DNA of 64,000 bases from assembly GCA_019637815.1 (NCBI GenBank), contig JAHBUZ010000001.1, positions 271,211 through 335,210 of the forward strand, in the 5' to 3' direction. Positions 39,443-47,723 of the stretch are shown here, piece after piece. Origin of the DNA: Chloroflexota bacterium (GTDB lineage: Bacteria > Chloroflexota > Limnocylindria > Limnocylindrales > CSP1-4). The notes below the pieces were generated by a model, which saw only the letters and a program-made list of their open reading frames with translations, had not been told where the DNA came from and ran no database searches. Both the position numbers and the translations under genes were made by a program. Within the stretch, counting starts at the first letter, position 1. Every line of letters begins with the position of its first letter.

Positions 39443-39958
39443 GTGAGCAGTCAGACCACGAGCGTGATCGCACCACTCGTCGGCGTGGTCGGCGGCAGTC
39501 GCTCGGACTTCCCCATCCTCGAGCTCGCGGTCGTCATCCTGGACGAGCTGGGCGTGCCGAACGAGTTGCGCGTCGTCTCCGCACATCGGACGCCCGACCA
39601 CCTCTTCCGCTATGCGGAGGAGGCCCAGGGTCGCGGCATCCGGGTCATCGTGGCAGGGGCCGGCGGTGCGGCACATCTGCCGGGCATGCTCGCGGCCAAG
39701 ACGCAGCTGCCCGTGATCGGAGTGCCCATCCCGACCCAGCACCTCGGCGGCATGGACTCGCTGCTGTCCATCGTCCAGATGCCCCGCGGCATCCCGGTCG
39801 CGACCGTTGCCATCGGCAATGGTCTCAATGCCGGCCTCCTGGCCGCGTCCATCCTCGCCCTGTCGGACCCAGGGCTCTCGGAACGCCTCGCGGCGTGGCG
39901 CGCGAGCCAGACCGACGCGGTGCTCGCCGATCCGTCCAACGAGGCGCCGCTCGCATAA
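39443..39958 (+). CDS. purE: N5-carboxyaminoimidazole ribonucleotide mutase
   Basis: GTG at 39443. [14 protein letters not shown]...V.SAHRTP......[24 protein letters not shown] is a class I PurE signature. Confidence 0.9.
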   Translation: MSSQTTSVIAPLVGVVGGSRSDFPILELAVVILDELGVPNELRVVSAHRTPDHLFRYAEEAQGRGIRVIVAGAGGAAHLPGMLAAKTQLPVIGVPIPTQHLGGMDSLLSIVQMPRGIPVATVAIGNGLNAGLLAASILALSDPGLSERLAAWRASQTDAVLADPSNEAPLA

Positions 39959-40025
39959 GCCAGCGGTAAGGATCCGTGCGGCAGGATGGTGTCGTCGCGC
40001 CCGCCGGTGTCAACCGGAGGTCGTC

Positions 40026-40979
40026 ATGCCATCCAAGCGGCTCCAGGGAGCCATCGACATCCTGCGGGAGCATGGCCCGCTCACCGTGGAGGAGTTGGGG
40101 CCACGCCTGGCCGCGATCGGCGCGACCACGGCGCGCGACCCCGTCAAGGCCGCACTCCAGGCGGTGGAGCGAGAGGAGCGCTTCCTGCGCCTGACCGACG
40201 GACGCTGGATGGAGCTGGCGGCTGCGCTCGAGGGTGCGTCACTGCCGCACCGGATCACCCGTGACGAGCGTCGACGAGCGGCGCTCCGGATGGACCCGGA
40301 TCTGTCCGTCCTGGGTCGCGCTGTCGGGGTGCACGAACGATGGTGGTCGCCGCCGCCGCTCTTGTACGCGCACATCGTGGTCGGCTGGGTGCGAGACCGC
40401 CGCCTGGACCGCCGCCATGCGGCGCCGGACCGCTACCTGGCCATCCCGTATGACTTGGCGCGGTCGATGCAGCCGGGGGACATGGTCCGCGTCAGGGTCA
40501 CCAACGGGACGTTGCTGGTGGAGCCGGACCCGGTCTGGCAGGATCCCGACCCCGTGGAGCACCCGGAGGTAGAGGCTGCGGCGCGACGGCTGCTGCGATC
40601 GGGACGGTCGGACCATCCCGCCGACCCGGTGCGCATCGATGAGCTGCTGCTGGAGGCCGTGGGTGATGCCCCGGACCTCCTGCGACGCCTCCGGGCGCCC
40701 GTGGGGACGCTCCTCCGCCATCACGATCTGGTGCCGCACCGGGACCTCGTCGGGACCCCATCCACGGACTGGGCCGAGCACGATGACGCCGCCGCGGTGT
40801 GGGACATGGTGCGCCACCTAGTCTGGGAGCAGGAGGATCGCACCCGCGAGCACGAGCGTCTCGCCGAGCTCGACCTGTGGGACGACCCGGCCGACCACGA
40901 CGACTGGCTGGACGACGACGACACCGACCTGCTGGAGCCAAGGCTCGAGTCGATCGGGGGCGCGTTCGCTGCTGGTTGA
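40026..40979 (+). CDS. Hypothetical protein: N-terminal winged-helix (HARE-HTH-like), unknown middle region, acidic C-terminal tail
   Basis: ATG at 40026 after GGAGG. AIDILREHGPLTVEELGPRL...ERFLRLTDGRWMEL resembles the HARE-HTH pattern of the RNA polymerase delta subunit (from memory). The C-terminus DLWDDPADHDDWLDDDDTDLLE is strongly acidic. Confidence 0.6.
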   Translation: MPSKRLQGAIDILREHGPLTVEELGPRLAAIGATTARDPVKAALQAVEREERFLRLTDGRWMELAAALEGASLPHRITRDERRRAALRMDPDLSVLGRAVGVHERWWSPPPLLYAHIVVGWVRDRRLDRRHAAPDRYLAIPYDLARSMQPGDMVRVRVTNGTLLVEPDPVWQDPDPVEHPEVEAAARRLLRSGRSDHPADPVRIDELLLEAVGDAPDLLRRLRAPVGTLLRHHDLVPHRDLVGTPSTDWAEHDDAAAVWDMVRHLVWEQEDRTREHERLAELDLWDDPADHDDWLDDDDTDLLEPRLESIGGAFAAG

Positions 40980-40995
40980 CCAACCTGGTTGACCA
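40973..40995 (+). promoter_or_regulatory. Two tandem TGGTTGACCA boxes upstream of the antitoxin gene (candidate TA operator/promoter)
   Basis: TGGTTGACCA at 40973-40982 and 40986-40995. Each is an inverted repeat TGGT-NN-ACCA and each contains a TTGACC -35-like hexamer. The first box overlaps the stop codon of the upstream gene. The antitoxin ATG is at 41011. Confidence 0.4.
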
Positions 40996-41010
40996 GATCA
41001 TGCTGATCGG

Positions 41011-41277
41011 ATGGAGACCCTGAACGTGTACGAGGCCAAGACCCAGTTGTCGAAGCTGCTGGAGCGGGTCGAGCATGGCGAGCGGATCACCATCGCCCGC
41101 GCCGGCAAGCCGATCGCGATGCTGGTTCCGTACGAGGACCCGACGAAGACCCCGCGTGTGCCGGGGCTCATGCGGGGCCAGATCTGGATGTCGGATGATT
41201 TCGACGATCCACTCCCGGAGTTCGACCTGCCTGGCTACGGCCTGGGTGAGCCAGGCGACCCGAGCGAGTCGGCATGA
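41011..41277 (+). CDS. Type II antitoxin, Phd/YefM family
   Basis: METLNVYEAKTQLSKLLERVEHGERITIARAGKPIAMLVP is a classic Phd/YefM N-terminus. The gene overlaps the PIN toxin gene by 4 nt. Confidence 0.85.
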   Translation: METLNVYEAKTQLSKLLERVEHGERITIARAGKPIAMLVPYEDPTKTPRVPGLMRGQIWMSDDFDDPLPEFDLPGYGLGEPGDPSESA

Positions 41278-41660
41278 GGGCCCTGCTGGACACGCACGTG
41301 TTCCTGTGGTGGCTCGCCGACGACGATCGCCTCCGGAGGTCCACCCGGACGATCATCGAAGACCCGGGCAACACGCTGCTGCTCAGTGCGGCGAGTGCAT
41401 GGGAGGTCGCCATCAAGTCGGCGCACGGACGCCTGGACATGGCGCGCTCTGTGGAGGACGTCCTGACCACGATCCTGATGCAGGCGCGATTCGAGCGGCT
41501 GGCGATCGAGTTCGAGCACGCTGTCGCGGCGGCGACCCTGCCTGGCATCCATGGCGACCCGTTCGACCGGATGCTGGTGGCCCAGGCCATGGCACTGGGC
41601 TGCCCGATCGTGACCCAGGACCCCAGGATCGCCAGCTACCCGGTCCAGACCATCTGGTAG
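41274..41660 (+). CDS. vapC: Type II toxin, PIN-domain ribonuclease (VapC)
   Basis: LLDTHVFLWW (first acidic residue)...SAASAWEVAIK...DPFDRMLVAQA...ITQD is a PIN-domain pattern. Confidence 0.85.
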   Translation: MRALLDTHVFLWWLADDDRLRRSTRTIIEDPGNTLLLSAASAWEVAIKSAHGRLDMARSVEDVLTTILMQARFERLAIEFEHAVAAATLPGIHGDPFDRMLVAQAMALGCPIVTQDPRIASYPVQTIW

Positions 41661-41683
41661 GGAGGGGTCCGGGTCGATCGTGA

Positions 41684-42370
41684 TCAGCTGGCGCAGCTGG
41701 CCGCGACCTCGGCGAGGGCCTCGCTGAGGTCGTCCAGACGCAGTCTCGAGATCGCTCGGATGACGCGGTCGCCACGCTCGGCCAGCTCGGACCCACGATC
41801 ACCGCCACTGGCCGCGATCAGCAGGCTGGACAGCGCCTGGAGCTCCCAGAGCAGCGGGTCGTCGAGGGCGGGCATGTCGTCACGTGAGAACGTGAAGCCG
41901 GCGAACCGGCCGGCGATCTCGCATGCGTACTGTCGGTCGAGTGCCATCGCACCCGCCGAACCAGGTTCGACGGGAGTGGCGGGGACTCCGTCCGATGCAC
42001 AGGCCACCTGGACCGCAGCCACCGTCGCGGTGATCGCCTCGGTGTCGATCCGGTTGAGCGCCGTGAGGACCTGCGTGCCCAGGAGACCCAGCCCGGCATC
42101 CCGGTCCCCGCCCTCGGCAGCCACCAGCAGCGAGGAGAGGGCCTGGAGCTCCCACGGCCCCGCCTGGTCGATGGCTCGGAACCAGTAGTCGCGTGAGGTC
42201 TCCGTGGGATCGAACCGTCCGGCGATCTCGCACGCGTATTGCCGGTCCAGTGCGGTGTTCCCGGCCGGACGGATGAGCGGGCCCAGCGCCCGACAGCCGG
42301 ACAGCGTCAGCGCGATCACCAGGAGCAGCAGCGAGGAGCGGACGAGATGACGCACGCGCGCAGGATACAT
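41684..42370 (-). CDS. Lipoprotein made of two tandem ~87-aa repeats (unknown family)
   Basis: Start MYPARVRH at 42370 with the lipobox LTLSGC. Repeat A (41993-42253) and repeat B (41687-41944) both begin ALDRQYACEIAGRF, share WELQALSSLL.AA.GGDR, and end ...CAS. Confidence 0.65.
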   Translation of the reverse strand: MYPARVRHLVRSSLLLLVIALTLSGCRALGPLIRPAGNTALDRQYACEIAGRFDPTETSRDYWFRAIDQAGPWELQALSSLLVAAEGGDRDAGLGLLGTQVLTALNRIDTEAITATVAAVQVACASDGVPATPVEPGSAGAMALDRQYACEIAGRFAGFTFSRDDMPALDDPLLWELQALSSLLIAASGGDRGSELAERGDRVIRAISRLRLDDLSEALAEVAASCAS

Positions 42371-42452
42371 GCCTGCGATCCGGTCACCACCCCTCGTCCG
42401 GTACCCTTGGCGCGGCGAGACCCCACGCACCCTGGAGGCACCGAACCCACCC

Positions 42453-43913
42453 ATGTCCCATCGCGTCACGCTCATCCCCGGCGACGGCGTCGGACCGGAG
42501 ATCACCGAGTCCGCGCGACGCATCATCGACGCGGCGGGCGTCGCCATCGACTGGGAGGTCGCCGAGGCGGGCGCGGAGGTCTTCAAGCGCGGTGACACCA
42601 CGGGCGTGCCCCGCGAGACCGCGGACTCCATCGCGCGCACCAAGGTCGCCCTCAAGGGTCCCCTGGAGACACCGGTCGGCTTCGGCGAGAAGAGCGCCAA
42701 CGTCACGCTCCGCAAGCTGTTCGAGACCTACGCCAACATCCGTCCCGCCCGCCAGCTGCCGGGCGTGCCCACCCGCTATGACGGCGAGGGCGTCGACTTC
42801 ATCGTGGTCCGCGAGAACATCGAGGACCTGTATGCCGGCGTCGAGTACCTCGAGACACGGGACGTCGCGGTCGCGCTCAAGATCATCAGCCGCAAGGGCT
42901 CCGAGAAGATCATCCGGTACGCCTTCGAGCTGGCTCGTCGAGAGGGTCGCACCAAGGTCACCGTCGCCACCAAGGCGAACATCCTCAAGCTGACCGAGGG
43001 GATGTTCAAGCGCATCGGCGAGGAGATCGCGGCCGAGTACCCGGAGATCACCCACCAGCACTTGATCATCGACAACGTCGCCCACCAGATGGCCAAGGAT
43101 CCGGCCCAGTTCGACGTGATAGTCACCACGAACCTCGCCGGCGACATCGTGAGCGACCTGGCATCCGGGCTCGTCGGAGGGCTCGGGTTCGCGGCGTCCG
43201 GCAACTACGGCGACGACGTCGCGATCTTCGAGGCGGTCCACGGGTCCGCGCCCAAGTACGCGGGCAAGAACGTCATCAACCCCACGGCGCTCATCCTCAG
43301 CTCCGTGATGATGCTCCGACACCTCGGCGAGCACGCGGCTGCCCAGCGGGTGGAGGACGCGGTGTTCGTGACCCTCGCGGAGGGTCAGGCGGTCACCCTG
43401 GATGTCGCGCGTCAGCAGGGTGACGTGGAGGAGGCCACCTCCACCACCGGATTCACGGACGCCATCATCGGCAACCTGGGGCGAAGCCCGTCGGAGCGAT
43501 ACGGACGTGAGCGGCAGGTGCCCGCCGACCCACCGACGCCCCGCGCACGCTGGTCGTACGCTCCCGCGGATCGGGCGGTGCCCACCGAGGTCGTCGGCGT
43601 GGACGTCTACCTGGAGACGAGTGACGCTCCGGCGGTGATCGGCCAGCACCTGGAGGCCATCGCGGGTGCCGACTTCCGGCTGGCCGCGGTGACGACCCGT
43701 GGGACCCTCGCGTGGCCCGCGACGTCCGCCCGTATCGACAGCGTCGACTGGTGGAGTGCCCGGTTCGTGCCCGCCGCCGAGGGCGGCGCCGTCACCGATG
43801 CGGCGATCCTGGCCCTGCTCGGTCGCGTCTCGGAGCGGTATCGCTGGATGGATGTCCAGAAGCTGACCCGCTTCGGGGACGAGGAGGGCTTCACGCGCGC
43901 CCAGGGTCAGTGA
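42453..43913 (+). CDS. icd: Isocitrate dehydrogenase (beta-decarboxylating dehydrogenase family) with a ~140-aa C-terminal extra domain
   Basis: ATG at 42453. VTLIPGDGVGPEI...ALKGPL.TP.G.G..S.NV.LRK.F..YAN.RP...VRENIEDLYAG.E...TKANILK...NL.GDI.SDL..GL.GGLG...EAVHGSAPKYAGKN..NP. Residues ~345-486 lie beyond the usual core. Confidence 0.9.
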   Translation: MSHRVTLIPGDGVGPEITESARRIIDAAGVAIDWEVAEAGAEVFKRGDTTGVPRETADSIARTKVALKGPLETPVGFGEKSANVTLRKLFETYANIRPARQLPGVPTRYDGEGVDFIVVRENIEDLYAGVEYLETRDVAVALKIISRKGSEKIIRYAFELARREGRTKVTVATKANILKLTEGMFKRIGEEIAAEYPEITHQHLIIDNVAHQMAKDPAQFDVIVTTNLAGDIVSDLASGLVGGLGFAASGNYGDDVAIFEAVHGSAPKYAGKNVINPTALILSSVMMLRHLGEHAAAQRVEDAVFVTLAEGQAVTLDVARQQGDVEEATSTTGFTDAIIGNLGRSPSERYGRERQVPADPPTPRARWSYAPADRAVPTEVVGVDVYLETSDAPAVIGQHLEAIAGADFRLAAVTTRGTLAWPATSARIDSVDWWSARFVPAAEGGAVTDAAILALLGRVSERYRWMDVQKLTRFGDEEGFTRAQGQ

Positions 43914-43968
43914 CATCCCGCCCGGTCGATCCGCGGCCCGGTCGGAGGGCGCGGCCTACACTCGACCA

Positions 43969-44388
43969 GTGACCGAACACGACCCCATCGGCGGGGGACC
44001 GGCCCTCGACCGGCAGGCACGGCCCGTCCGGGTCGATGTCCAGGGCCGTCCCATCGTGCCCAGTCGCGTCCCCGAGGAGCGGCCGACACCGCTCCGTGAC
44101 AGCTTCATCTACGTCTCGATCGGTGTCCTGGTGTGTGGTGTCATGGCCATCGTGGCGCTGGAGCTGGGGACACCCTTCAGCTCCCTGTGGGTGCGCATCC
44201 CCGTGCTCATCGGGGGTGTCCTGCTGCTCATCGTGACCATCGACGCCATCGTGCGCATCGCGCGCTCCGCGCGGGCCTGGATGCCGGTGCACCGGGCCAC
44301 GGCGTGGTTCCGCGTGGTCTGGGCGGCAGTGCTGACCGCCGCAGCGATCGCGACGGTGGCGGTCATGGTCCTGGTCCTGGTGGCGTGA
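43969..44388 (+). CDS. Hypothetical membrane protein (three predicted TM helices)
   Basis: 139 aa with hydrophobic segments FIYVSIGVLVCGVMAIVALEL, IPVLIGGVLLLIVTIDAIV and VVWAAVLTAAAIATVAVMVLVLV. GTGA overlap with the next gene. Confidence 0.55.
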   Translation: MTEHDPIGGGPALDRQARPVRVDVQGRPIVPSRVPEERPTPLRDSFIYVSIGVLVCGVMAIVALELGTPFSSLWVRIPVLIGGVLLLIVTIDAIVRIARSARAWMPVHRATAWFRVVWAAVLTAAAIATVAVMVLVLVA

Positions 44389-45014
44389 CGGACCCGCTCA
44401 TGGACGGACGGCTGCGCTCCCTGTGGGATCCCGGCGCGGACGAGCCCCTCGACGGGTTCGTGGACCGCGTCCCTGCCTGGATCAGGAGCACGCTCGGCTA
44501 CTGCTCGCGCTGTGGCAGCCCGCTGGCCCTGGGGGAGATCCCGGGTGAGCACCGGGAGCGACTCGTGTGCGAGGCATGCGGCTTCATCGCGTATGTCAAT
44601 CCTCGGCTCGTCGTGACGACCCTGCCACTCACCGACAGCGGGGAGCTGGTGCTGCTCCGGCGCGCGATCGAGCCGGCCTATGGCACCTGGGCCCAGCCCG
44701 GCGGGTTCCTCGAGGCGGACGAGACGGCCATCCAGGGCGCGGTCCGAGAGACGCTCGAGGAGACCGGCCTGGTGGTGGCACCCACGTCCATCGTGGGTCT
44801 CTACTCGCAGCCGCGCTCCGCGGTCGTGGTCGCGGTCTTCGAGGCGACCATCATCGGGGGCGAGGCGCAGGTCACCGACGAGGCGCTCGAGGTCGCGACG
44901 TTCCGCGCGGACGCGTTGCCGTGGCCGTCCATCGGGCTGGACACCACGCGCTGGGCGCTCCGCGACTGGGTCCGCTCCCGGGGCGTCACGCCCCCCGATC
45001 CCGATCGCCCCTGA
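44385..45014 (+). CDS. NUDIX hydrolase with an N-terminal zinc ribbon
   Basis: CSRCGSPL...CEACG forms a zinc ribbon. The Nudix box is GG.LE..E....A..RE..EETG. The start is GTG at 44385 or ATG at 44400. Confidence 0.8.
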   Translation: MTDPLMDGRLRSLWDPGADEPLDGFVDRVPAWIRSTLGYCSRCGSPLALGEIPGEHRERLVCEACGFIAYVNPRLVVTTLPLTDSGELVLLRRAIEPAYGTWAQPGGFLEADETAIQGAVRETLEETGLVVAPTSIVGLYSQPRSAVVVAVFEATIIGGEAQVTDEALEVATFRADALPWPSIGLDTTRWALRDWVRSRGVTPPDPDRP

Positions 45015-45047
45015 CCCTCGGGTCACCCGAGGGTCACCCGAGGGTCC
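45015..45047. terminator. GC-rich hairpin / 11-bp tandem repeat between convergent genes
   Basis: CCCTCGGG-tca-CCCGAGGG-tca-CCCGAGGG. The unit GGGTCACCCGA is repeated about 2.5 times. An 8-bp perfect stem with a 3-nt loop can form in two registers. It begins 1 nt after the NUDIX stop codon. Confidence 0.45.
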
Positions 45048-45130
45048 AGACTGCGCGCGCTGCGGGACCTGTCGTCCATCGGAGGCTTCGCGCCGCATGA
45101 TCCGCGCTCGGCGACCGGGCGCGCTGACCC

Positions 45131-45424
45131 TCAGATGGTGATGACGTTGGAGACGCCACCCACGACGCCCAGCACGATGCCCACGCTCAGCACACCCGCA
45201 GCGACCATGGGCCGCCGTGGCATGAGGAGGAACGCGGAGAACGCGAGGAAGATGACGGCGCCGGCCTTGACGATGGTCAGGCCGAACATGCCCACGCTCT
45301 GGTGGAGGGCCACCACGATCGGGTTGAGCTCCGCGGCCAGCCCGTGCTTCTCGATCATGACCATGAAGGAGAAGTAGTCGAACATCTGGGCGGACGCGAG
45401 CAGCACCAACGCCACGATGCGCAT
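45131..45424 (-). CDS. Small membrane protein (DUF5658-like, from memory)
   Basis: MRIVALVLLASAQMFDYFSFMVMIEKHGLAAELNPIV... with 3 hydrophobic helices. The start is uncertain: upstream in-frame ATGs reach 45637, but that region is not hydrophobic or conserved-looking. Confidence 0.5.
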   Translation of the reverse strand: MRIVALVLLASAQMFDYFSFMVMIEKHGLAAELNPIVVALHQSVGMFGLTIVKAGAVIFLAFSAFLLMPRRPMVAAGVLSVGIVLGVVGGVSNVITI

Positions 45425-45642
45425 GAGACCCCCGATCCTGTTCCCTGGTGACGGGACCGGGCTCGCCATTGCTCCACGTGGTCCACCGGCGACCGAGTGA
45501 TCCGGACCACGCATCGACGCTTCCCGCATTCGTAGCTGCACCGAGGATAGGGTGTCATGCGTGGCGCCGTCGACGGTAGGATCGCTGACGGTGGTGCGCG
45601 CACGCACCAGGCGAGGCTCGTGAAGGTGCCTGCCCACGCCGC

Positions 45643-46182
45643 TCAGGCGTCGCGCAGGGTCGTCTCGAGGAGGCTGGTCGCGGTGTCGAGCACGCGCAGG
45701 TCGTCCGCCGACAGGGGGGCCAGCCAGCCGGTGATCGTCTCCGTTCGCTGGTCACCTCGGGTCGCCAGGAGCGTGCTGCCCGCAGGGGTGATCCGGACGT
45801 CGACCTGGCGACCGTCGGTGACGCTCGGCGAACGCTCAGCGAGGCCATCGGACTCCAGCGCATGGACGAGACGGGTCATCGATGGTGGGGTCACGCGCTC
45901 CAGGCGAGCGAGCGTGCCCAGCGTGCACGGACCATGCGACGCGAGCGTGGCGAGCGCGGACAGCCGCGCGGGCCTGGTGCCGGACGCCGCCTCCTCGCGA
46001 GCGAGGCGCCGCAACAGGTGGAGCGACACGGAGTTGAGACGCTGTGCGACCACGGCGGCGTCGACCGGGCCGGCCTTCACCGCACCCTTCCCGCGTCGCG
46101 GGAGGTCCGCTGCTTCGATCGACAGCGACGCTTCGCTCGCAGCGTGCTTGCGACCGTCCTTCTTCTTCGACTTCTTGCCCAT
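45643..46182 (-). CDS. MarR-family transcriptional regulator with a Lys-rich N-terminal tail
   Basis: ...LSALATLASHGPCTLGTLARLERVTPPSMTRLVHALESDGLAERS.SVTDGRQV.V.ITPAG is a MarR winged helix. The N-terminus is MGKKSKKKDGRK. Confidence 0.85.
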   Translation of the reverse strand: MGKKSKKKDGRKHAASEASLSIEAADLPRRGKGAVKAGPVDAAVVAQRLNSVSLHLLRRLAREEAASGTRPARLSALATLASHGPCTLGTLARLERVTPPSMTRLVHALESDGLAERSPSVTDGRQVDVRITPAGSTLLATRGDQRTETITGWLAPLSADDLRVLDTATSLLETTLRDA

Positions 46183-46239
46183 GCGGACAGTGTGTGTGCC
46201 TGGAGCAACGATGTCCAGCGCGCCGGAGGTCCCGGGTGG

Positions 46240-46842
46240 TCAGGCCGCTGGGTACGGGTCGCCCGGCCCGCCCACGAAGCAGCTCGCGAGGTGGTCGTCG
46301 ACCATGCCGCTCGACTGCATGAAGGCGTACACGATGACGGGACCCACGAACCGGAAGCCGCGTCGACGCAGGTCCTTGCTGAGCGCGACCGACTCGGGGG
46401 TCTCCGCGGGTACGGCTGCGGCATCCCGGAGTCGCGTCGCTCGTGGCGGCGGCGCGAAACGCCACAGGTAGGCGTCGAGGCTGCCGTGCTCGTCGCGCAC
46501 GCGGAGCGTGGCGCGCGCGTTGTCCCGGAACGCGGCCACCTTGGCGCGGTTCCGGATGATGCGCGGATCCTGGAGCACCGCCGCCTGGCGCGCATCGTCC
46601 CAGCTCGCCATCCCGGCGGCATCGAAACCCTCGTACGCCGCCCGGTATCCCTCCCGCCGATGGAGGATCGTGTGCCACGCGAGACCGGCCTGGGCACCCT
46701 CGAGGCACAGCAGCTCGAACAGTCGCTGGTCATCGTGGATCGGGCGTCCCCACTCCCGGTCGTGGTAGTCGCGCATGAGAGGATCGTCACCCGCCCAGGG
46801 ACATCGCACCCGGTCTGGAGCGCTGGTCGGCGTCTGGGTCAT
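46240..46842 (-). CDS. tag: DNA-3-methyladenine glycosylase I
   Basis: RCPWAGDDPLMRDYHDREWG.P.HDD..LFE.L.LEGAQAGL.W.TIL.RR..YR.A...FD is a diagnostic Tag N-terminus. The start MTQTPTS is at 46842. Confidence 0.9.
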   Translation of the reverse strand: MTQTPTSAPDRVRCPWAGDDPLMRDYHDREWGRPIHDDQRLFELLCLEGAQAGLAWHTILHRREGYRAAYEGFDAAGMASWDDARQAAVLQDPRIIRNRAKVAAFRDNARATLRVRDEHGSLDAYLWRFAPPPRATRLRDAAAVPAETPESVALSKDLRRRGFRFVGPVIVYAFMQSSGMVDDHLASCFVGGPGDPYPAA

Positions 46843-46852
46843 CGGACCGTGC

Positions 46853-47623
46853 TCAGTAGATGCGCCGGACGTCCTCGGGGAGGTGGACCACGAACGCCTC
46901 GTCCGGGATCGCCGGGTCGACCTCGAGCGAGACCACCTCGGCATGGCGGGTCACGAGGTCGCCGATGTGCTCCACGAGGAGCGTGATGATGCCGGTCTGA
47001 CGGTCGACGCCCAGCTCTACCCAGCGGTCCGGTCGGTCGGTCAGCACGTACGTGGAGCGGGGATGGTCGATGCGCAGCAGGAACGTCTGGCGGCCGTGCT
47101 GCACCGTGCTGCCGAGCGAGGTGGTGACGCCCGTGAGCGCCACGTTCCGGATGTAGCCCTGGGGATGCACGAACGTGTCCGGCAGGGACTCCGCGGGCAG
47201 CCTGGTGAGCGGCAGACGGACCCGCGCGAAGCGGGGCAGGTCGGTGGCGGTCGCACCCACCGGTGCGCGCACGAGCGGCCGGATGCTGGCTCGCCCGGCC
47301 GACGCGTCATAGGTCGTGACGGTCACGCCGTCGGTCGCCCAGACGTCATGGTCGCGGGACATCGGTTCCGCCGAGCGGCGCCGCGTGACACGTGCCCAGC
47401 CCTCGTGACGCACCAGTACGTCGGCGATCACGAGGGACTCGCCGCGCGCGGTCATCGTCCGCTCCTCGATGCGCATCCGGAGCGAGCGGAACCGGAGCTC
47501 CGCGTCCGTCATGAACGCGAACAATTCCGTGATGGGCGGCTCCTCGCCGTCGAGGGCGATGGCCGCGGCCACGGTGGCGCGGGCTGGTTCGACGGGGACA
47601 GGCAGCGACGAATGGTCGGACAT
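46853..47623 (-). CDS. Hypothetical protein (beta-rich; possibly a LolA/RseB-like fold; no signal peptide seen)
   Basis: Start MSDHSSLPVP at 47623, within track ORF 46853..47782. Sits 10 nt upstream of tag on the same strand. I recognise no catalytic motif. Confidence 0.55.
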   Translation of the reverse strand: MSDHSSLPVPVEPARATVAAAIALDGEEPPITELFAFMTDAELRFRSLRMRIEERTMTARGESLVIADVLVRHEGWARVTRRRSAEPMSRDHDVWATDGVTVTTYDASAGRASIRPLVRAPVGATATDLPRFARVRLPLTRLPAESLPDTFVHPQGYIRNVALTGVTTSLGSTVQHGRQTFLLRIDHPRSTYVLTDRPDRWVELGVDRQTGIITLLVEHIGDLVTRHAEVVSLEVDPAIPDEAFVVHLPEDVRRIY

Positions 47624-47723
47624 GGGCCCATCGATCGTAGCAGACCGTCCCGCGCCCGCGATGCCCGCCCGACGACCGTAGACTGGTGGCTCGACACCGT
47701 CACAGCGCACCCCGGGGGACCCA

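Noticed and set aside
40026-42370. The block of hypothetical gene, VapBC and lipoprotein, considered as a mobile genetic island.
   Set aside because: There is no integrase, transposase, flanking tRNA or direct-repeat boundary. Composition does not visibly differ from the neighbours. Housekeeping purKE and icd flank it directly.
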